A stretch of DNA of 28,609 bases from Oopsacas minuta (lineage: Eukaryota > Animalia > Porifera): the NCBI GenBank assembly GCA_024704765.1, contig JAKMXF010000073.1, positions 1 through 28,609 on the forward strand. The letters run 5' to 3'. Of the stretch, positions 22,460 to 28,609 are shown one piece after another (within the stretch, counting starts at the first letter, position 1; the number at the start of each line of letters is the position of its first letter). The notes beneath the pieces were generated by a model. The model ran no database searches and had not been told where the DNA came from. It worked only from the letters and a program-made list of their open reading frames with translations. The position numbers and the translations under genes were made by a program.

Positions 22460-22867
22460 ATTAATGTTGGTGATATATTGGACAAATTCATAGAGTATAC
22501 TGCAACTAAGAATACAAGGTTTCTTGGTGGTTCTGTCGAGCAGTTCTGTTTTGGTGTACAAGAGTACTTTGATATATCACTTGGAATGGAATTATTGTAT
22601 AAATTCGAACGACCCCAGTATGTTCAGATATTGTCAGAATTTCCTAATCGTCTAGCGTCTAAAGTCTACGGATTTGAACATTTACTACGTCTGTTTGTTA
22701 AACTATCTGATCTTCTTGGTTATACAAAACTGGATGCAGAAAGTATTCAGATATTAGAATTTCACATTTCTGAAATTCTCTCTTTTCTCGCAGAATGCAA
22801 ATCATCATTTCAAGGAGATTATACGCCAGTCACTCAGGAATATGTCAGGAGGATAACTTATTCATAA
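22460..22867 (+). CDS. MORF4L1: MRG15 exon 3 (remainder of MRG domain, stop TAA)
   Basis: Acceptor TTTTTATAG| at 22459, phase 0. INVGDILDKFIEY continues the human KKNVDSILEDY alignment, and the hallmark motifs LLYKFERPQY and YGFEHLLRLFV are present. The spliced CDS is 493+236+408 = 1137 nt = 378 aa plus stop. Confidence 0.93.
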   Translation: MNVGDILDKFIEYTATKNTRFLGGSVEQFCFGVQEYFDISLGMELLYKFERPQYVQILSEFPNRLASKVYGFEHLLRLFVKLSDLLGYTKLDAESIQILEFHISEILSFLAECKSSFQGDYTPVTQEYVRRITYS

Positions 22868-24324
22868 ATTCTGGATTCAAAAATTAGCATTTCATGAAAT
22901 GTAGTCATGACTCTATTTTTATATAAATTGTTTTCTTTACAATAATATACAGTGTAACCTGCATAAACCTACACTCTTTTGGACTTGAGAATAGTGTCTG
23001 TTTTGCAAATTGCTGGATTATGTATGTGAGTTTGTATTGTCGGAAGCTATTTCGGATCAGAAACACTACCGAAATATAGAGGTCTTCCGAATTATACAGG
23101 TGTCGGTTTATGCAGGTTCCATTGAACATGTATCTGTTATACACTTATACACTATCTAGGATGTGCCCTGAATTTTCTTCTAAGGCATGTAAACTAATTG
23201 ATTTTCCTTTTGGACTATTAGTAATGGTATTTATAATGTGATCAAATTATCATCACTCAGCTTTCCATCAATTCGACTGAATTTGTTGAGTACCTTAAAT
23301 TTGGTCGCGATTTTCCCCAACCAGTAATTAATCCCTACCACGTTATCAGGCAATGATGATATACCGAATTTGTAATCCAATTTCTCCAATTGGTATTTGA
23401 GTACAGCTTAACACTCAATGAATCATTCAATTTCTCATCAATTCATATGAAACTTGTTGTGTACCTTAATCTTGGTTGGGGGCTTAGCCATGTTCAATAA
23501 TTAATTCCTATCCCATCTTTTTCTGCCACAGTGAAATTGCATAATTTGATAATTTAATCGAGACATTAGCCCAATCGATAGCACTTTAATTAATTAATTA
23601 ATTAATTTAACGTTAAATTTCTACACTTTCTGAGGTAGTTCTTAAACACAATTCATTTTTGGATGTAGCGACAGCTCTAATATCCATTGTGACAGCCAAA
23701 ATCGACCTCTTTAGCGGCACAACTAATATGTTAAATCCACGAAACAGCCACTCATTTAGTTAAACCAATTTTGTATATTAACAGTATAACGTATAGAATA
23801 GTGGCTCAAACCCCTACACATAAATACTCAAATATACATATTTGCACTTCTTGAAATGATGCACCGCCCAGGAATATATAATAGTAATCATATCATAACT
23901 TATATTCTAAACGTCCAGCTATGTATGTCTAATATTCAGAATATTCAACTTCATTTTGAAAAATGGATAATCAATTAAACGACAATAAATTAGATCGTTA
24001 TCGGATTGTAGATCTTGTTAGAATTTAGGAACCACCTCGCTATTCAGAATTCCAGGCATTTATTAGGAATGAAACCATATTTTTGAACCCCAGATTTTGA
24101 CCAAAATACTAATTCCAATCTATTCTTCCAAGATTCATAATCTTGATCAATGATAGCACTTTTAATAGCAGTTTAGTATACCATGTAAAGGCAAAGAACG
24201 TTGAAATTATCTTAGTCCTGCATCATGATGATCTCGATATGCGAAGTGAACTTAATCTCTCGAACAAATTATTTAGATCTAATAAGATTACTTAGTTTTA
24301 ACAGGCAACAAATGCTGATATGTT

Positions 24325-24398
24325 CAGAATTCGACCACCCCTAAATTCCGACCATATTTGTTGGTCCATGGGTGGTCGTGACTCTTGAGGTTCCACTA
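24325..24398. mobile_element. Solo right end of a pogo-type element
   Basis: CGACCACC...CCGACC...TTGGTCC...GGTGGTCG...GAGGTTCCACTA|TA. Confidence 0.5.
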
Positions 24399-25271
24399 TA
24401 TTTGTTTACTTTATATTCATAATAATATCAACAACAATGAATAAGCATTTGAGAAATTATCACAAAAATATTAGCTAATTGTCACCCTTTTGGATTACCA
24501 TCTATTTGTTTTCTCTGTATTCATAACTACAACAATATGTTGCAGTTCAAACGCGAGTGCACCAATCTCGCTTTTGCACTCACACAATATATAATAATTT
24601 TCGTTGCTAGGGAAAAAAGTATCCCCAAATATATATTCTAGTTATTAATCGAACGACGAAGATCTTTAATTGATTATGAATACTCGTTTCGATTGATACT
24701 TAATGAGTTATTAGCATTATTATTTTTCTTCAAATTATGTCCAAATTCGGACATTTGCATTGCTAAATATAGAGGTCCCACAGATATTCCGGTCTGGGAA
24801 TTTTTCCGTTAAACTAGAATAATATAGCTACAAGACAAATTACATTTCGCTTTTGTTACAGTTTATTCCGCCTCATATCCTATCTACCGGACTAATATAT
24901 TTATGACTGTTATCTAATATTTTTACGAGAAGCCATCATTTCACTAAACGAGAAGAACAATTTTCCGAGGAAACTGGAAGTAGATTTTGGTCCACGATTC
25001 TGGTGTCATAGTGCCTTGCGTCCCTCTGGACTCGTGGTACTAGGGTCAGATGGACCCCAGACAGCCGGACATGTTGCCATAGGTCAAACGTCCAACGATT
25101 TGTGGAACTAAAGTGAGGATTTCTCCTTTAGGACATGTTCTCGTTCTTCTCATGATTTCCAGTAGTGCTACAATATAAACAAAAAATCAGCTATATACTG
25201 GACAACTGGGATAATTATGACTATCTAGCTTCGCTTGCTTGGGCGCTCGCGACAACTTAGGGCTCAAGTTA

Positions 25272-25506
25272 CAGGGTTCTCGTCAGGATTATGTAATAGG
25301 GGGTGCACCGTACACACTCTGGGCACAATACGCGTTAAAATACACCCTTAAGGAATAAAGAAGATGATTGCCCGTTTTTTGGGTGATTATATAACACTGT
25401 TTATACACGATAGAAGGGTACACTATGTCTATTTAGGCACAATAGGGGGTGCATAATCACGATAAGGGGGACTGCGCCCCCCGAAAATGGCTTAGCGAGA
25501 ACACTA
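25272..25506. mobile_element. 235-bp hAT-type MITE
   Basis: Perfect 8-bp TSD TCAAGTTA (25264-25271 and 25507-25514). 11-bp TIR CAGGGTTCTCG / CGAGAACACTA (2 mismatches). Internal AATAGGGGGTGCA occurs twice. Confidence 0.85.
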
Positions 25507-26039
25507 TCAAGTTAGCTTATGTTAATGGTTACTTCGTGACAGAATTTACTCAACACTACGTACCCCGAATTCACTAAATAGCAGAAATTTGATATTTGAT
25601 TATCCATGGCCCACCAAAATTTAATTAATGACCTTCTGTGGTAATACTGGAGCTGCTACCTCGCTTTTGAATCGTAATCTGTGCAGTTTGTGCCTCGAGT
25701 ATTTTTTCATTATAAAATTTGACGAAATTTGGATATTTTGTGGAGTTATGATGGTCTGAATAATTACATGATGAGTTGGAATTTTTCAAAATCATGTAGT
25801 TAGGACATTTGACATATTGAGAGGCATCTGTGAAGAATTTCCAAATTTCTATCATGTCATTGGTTGTGTAATGGCTAATATTGTGAACAAAACGGTGACA
25901 GTTACATCATAATTTCGTCATAGGTATGAAATTTTGTCAAAGACTCTAACCTGTCTTAGTCTCGCCGAAAATACCTATGTTTACCAAAAATAATCTCTTG
26001 TCATCCTATTTCCTCTATTAATCCCCGAAAATCCACCAT

Positions 26040-26230
26040 ACCTGCTTAACACCCACTTCTGTATAACGGTCACCTGCACATAGCGGCCACCTAAATACAG
26101 TCCCCTCCGATTTCCCATTATAATGACCTCTCTATAGCGGCCACCTGCTCAAAGCGGTGACCAGCCACCATTTTTGGTCCCTTACTGCGCTAAACCTGTC
26201 TATGTCTATAACGGCCAGTTCCTTTGTCTA
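26040..26230. mobile_element. Pogo-type subterminal repeat remnant
   Basis: Repeated (A/G)CGG(C/T)CACCT motifs plus TTTTTGGTCCC; termini not found. Confidence 0.45.
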
Positions 26231-26477
26231 ACAGCCACTTCAGATTGTGTTCTCCTCGCATAAGATATGCTTTTAACAAATCATGGTCATCATTAATTCC
26301 TTCCACTATACATATTACCATAAATATTGCTCACTTGTCTTAAATTATCAATCTGATCCTTCTTATTTGGGTTTTAACTTGTAAATCGTACCGATGCTCC
26401 GAATCTACAGATAATATACTTTCAGATAGATCAATTCATAATAATGAATTCTGGGGGCTTGAGTACCAATTTGAATA

Positions 26478-26630
26478 CAGTGAAACCTCCGTTAGTGAAC
26501 ACCTGTTGAGTGAACACCCAGAAATAGTTTACTGTATTCTTTGTCCTATATAATTCAATCATTTATTGAAACCTCTAGCTAGTGAACACCTTGATATATC
26601 ACAAAACTTTGGTCCCTTCTTTGTTCACTC
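26478..26630. mobile_element. Pogo-type MITE with truncated right end
   Basis: TA|CAGTGAAACCTCCGTTAGTGAACACC, with AGTGAACACC three times, then TTTGGTCCC...GTTCACT. Confidence 0.6.
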
Positions 26631-26928
26631 TAGCTAATGCTGATAATAAAATAATCTCATTTTATTCTGTTTATTATCTATATAATTAAAATCCAATTAA
26701 GACCATTTAAAATGAATTACATGTTTCTCATCCAGAATTTCTTCGGAAACTGGCACGGCGGTCGGTTATTTATATATTTTTTATAGGCCAGTTAATATAT
26801 CAAATATTCTGTGACCAAACAATTATCTATAAATTTGGAAAAAATAGAAATAAAATCTTTCTAGCGAGGGACAAAATTTGGGGCGGGTGGGGATGAGAAT
26901 TAATTATATTACTTTACATGGACTAATC

Positions 26929-26950
26929 TATATATATATATATATATATA
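26929..26950. repeat. (TA)11 microsatellite
   Basis: Directly visible. Confidence 0.95.
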
Positions 26951-27825
26951 TTTGTGTGTATAAGTTACAGTAGGAAAGTGAAATCAGTGAATTCACGAGA
27001 TGACTCACTGTTTTATGAAATTCATGTAATTACTAATCATCCACAGAGTTCACGAAATTACTGAAATGATTAGGGAATTCACTAAATTCCTAATTTATAG
27101 ACCTAGTTATTTCATTAATTTGCTAAGTGGAATGTGTGAAATAAACAATACTTTGGAACATTCCGATGTCTCCATTAATTCACCATAGCATAACTTCCTG
27201 GTTGTCATTTCCCACATCTGTGATAATTATCTGTACAGCCGAAAGGTAAACATCTATTTTTGATGGTAACTACTTATTTCTTTGGATCTCGAAGAACTTG
27301 TGGTTATGAATTTGATATAAATACATAAGGATTAAATTTAAAATTTTATAGCTATCAACTCAAATCACTATTTCGCCATTTGTGTTTGTCTTCAAAGAGC
27401 CTCGAACTGGAAGGACTATTCAAACGAGATTGTCCAAATGATACGATGAATGTAAGAAGTATCTTATACCATAGTATTCTATCTACTAAGGCCTTGGCAC
27501 TCTATTGAAATTTTGGACATGGATTGTCATTACCATCGACTTTCAGAGTATAATGTATTATCTATAGGTATGATTCTACTACACCTAGCTAATTATTAAT
27601 CACCAGTTTAAATGATTTACCACACCCGGCCTGGTTTATATTATATTAGAATAATAAAAGTCAGCATAATAGATTATATATGTCAAACCATATATGTAAC
27701 AGTATAATACGTGTATGTAGTAACAACAAATAACATAATACATTCTCTTAGTAGTAGTAGCCGTAAAGTATTATACTATCATAAACGTCAAGCTGAACAT
27801 AACAAATCGAATAACATTACAGTAG

Positions 27826-28609
27826 CTACAGTCTTTTGTACAAATTTCTAACAGTAAAATGATCTAAAAAGAACAAAGAAAAATTATTTGTATTTTTAAG
27901 CTTAGTATTATCCCTATTTAAAACCATAAAATTGTAATTTCGGACTCTCTTCGCCAAGATTATATTTAACCATGTAACACACAATTTCTTCAATATGTCC
28001 CGATTCCAAACGCCACAGAAGCAACAATCATTCCAAACATCAGTATATTTCTCTGAAACGATTGTCATAGAAATGAGTACCAACAAACTCGTGGACTGTG
28101 CAGAATAGAATTTCTTGCTGAGGGATCACAGTTATCTATCATCAGAAAGGTTTTATACAATATAGTAACAGACTTTACCACATAAGAAGAAGGATATTTA
28201 AGAGAACTTCAATCTACTAAATTAATCAAAGTATATTGAGAACCAACGTCATTATTAACTTCTAGGAGTCTATCTGTTGTTAAAAGATCGTGACAGGATT
28301 GACAAGTATTTGACTTTTTTATGAAAGAGAAGACTGCATATCCTGCTATATAGATGAGGCATTCAATCTGAGAAACTTCGAATTCAATGATCGAGATATC
28401 ATTCAATATAGTCATATAAGGTTCTATATCGAGTTGCTTTTCGTCACTTATAAACTCACAATCGTTTGCGAATTGCCTAAGGTATTCTTTTAGTGAAACG
28501 TTATCTCCCAAACCATATTTTATATCAAAAACTTTTATAAGGTTGGAAAGTTGGAGTCTTCATTCGCTTTCTAAAACTTGGTTAAAAGATATGTGATAGT
28601 GAGACACTG
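27826..28609 (-). pseudogene. P transposase C-terminal remnant, third lineage (P3), truncated by the window edge
   Basis: HYHISFNQVLESE*RLQLSNL, LDIEPY, LIYIAGYAV...CQSC, LVD*SSLKYPS and CCFCG...DILKKL...KRVRNYN are collinear with the C-termini of P1a and P2. In-frame stops are present. Confidence 0.85.

Noticed and set aside
27688-27720. CATATATGTAACAG... as the P3 terminal repeat
   Set aside because: Plausible position and CA start, but the partner end is outside the window and cannot be tested.
20227-27800. Remaining short track ORFs (20227, 21227, 21420, 21752, 22276, 22905, 25625; likewise 504, 3089, 3307, 5435, 12987, 13126, 16347, 16615)
   Set aside because: Short, compositionally biased, often with non-ATG starts, lacking domains and overlapping repeats or the antisense strand of real features.

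Overview
AT-rich eukaryotic DNA; a non-bilaterian or invertebrate animal is my inference, and the species cannot be determined from this window. The only intact host gene is an MRG15/MORF4L1/Eaf3 orthologue on the + strand. The ORF track shows it as three unrelated fragments, but it splices in frame as 985-1477 + 16428-16663 + 22460-22867 (378 aa; 395 aa if a candidate 51-nt exon at 1565-1615 is used). Its introns are 14,950 bp and 5,796 bp and are filled with dead cut-and-paste DNA transposons. These include a full-length Tigger/pogo element, two foldback elements with 330-390 bp arms, and a hAT-type element (8-bp TSD) containing a THAP/P-element (7-bp TSD) and probably a second hAT-type MITE. 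There is also a second P lineage, a partial sister P copy, a hAT dimerization-domain remnant, many pogo-type MITE ends and an inverted 31-bp minisatellite structure. A third P-lineage transposase remnant runs off the right edge. No transposase ORF is intact, and two N gaps affect interpretation. I see no clear new biological system; the main interest is the gene architecture and the transposon biology. All alignments were done by eye.
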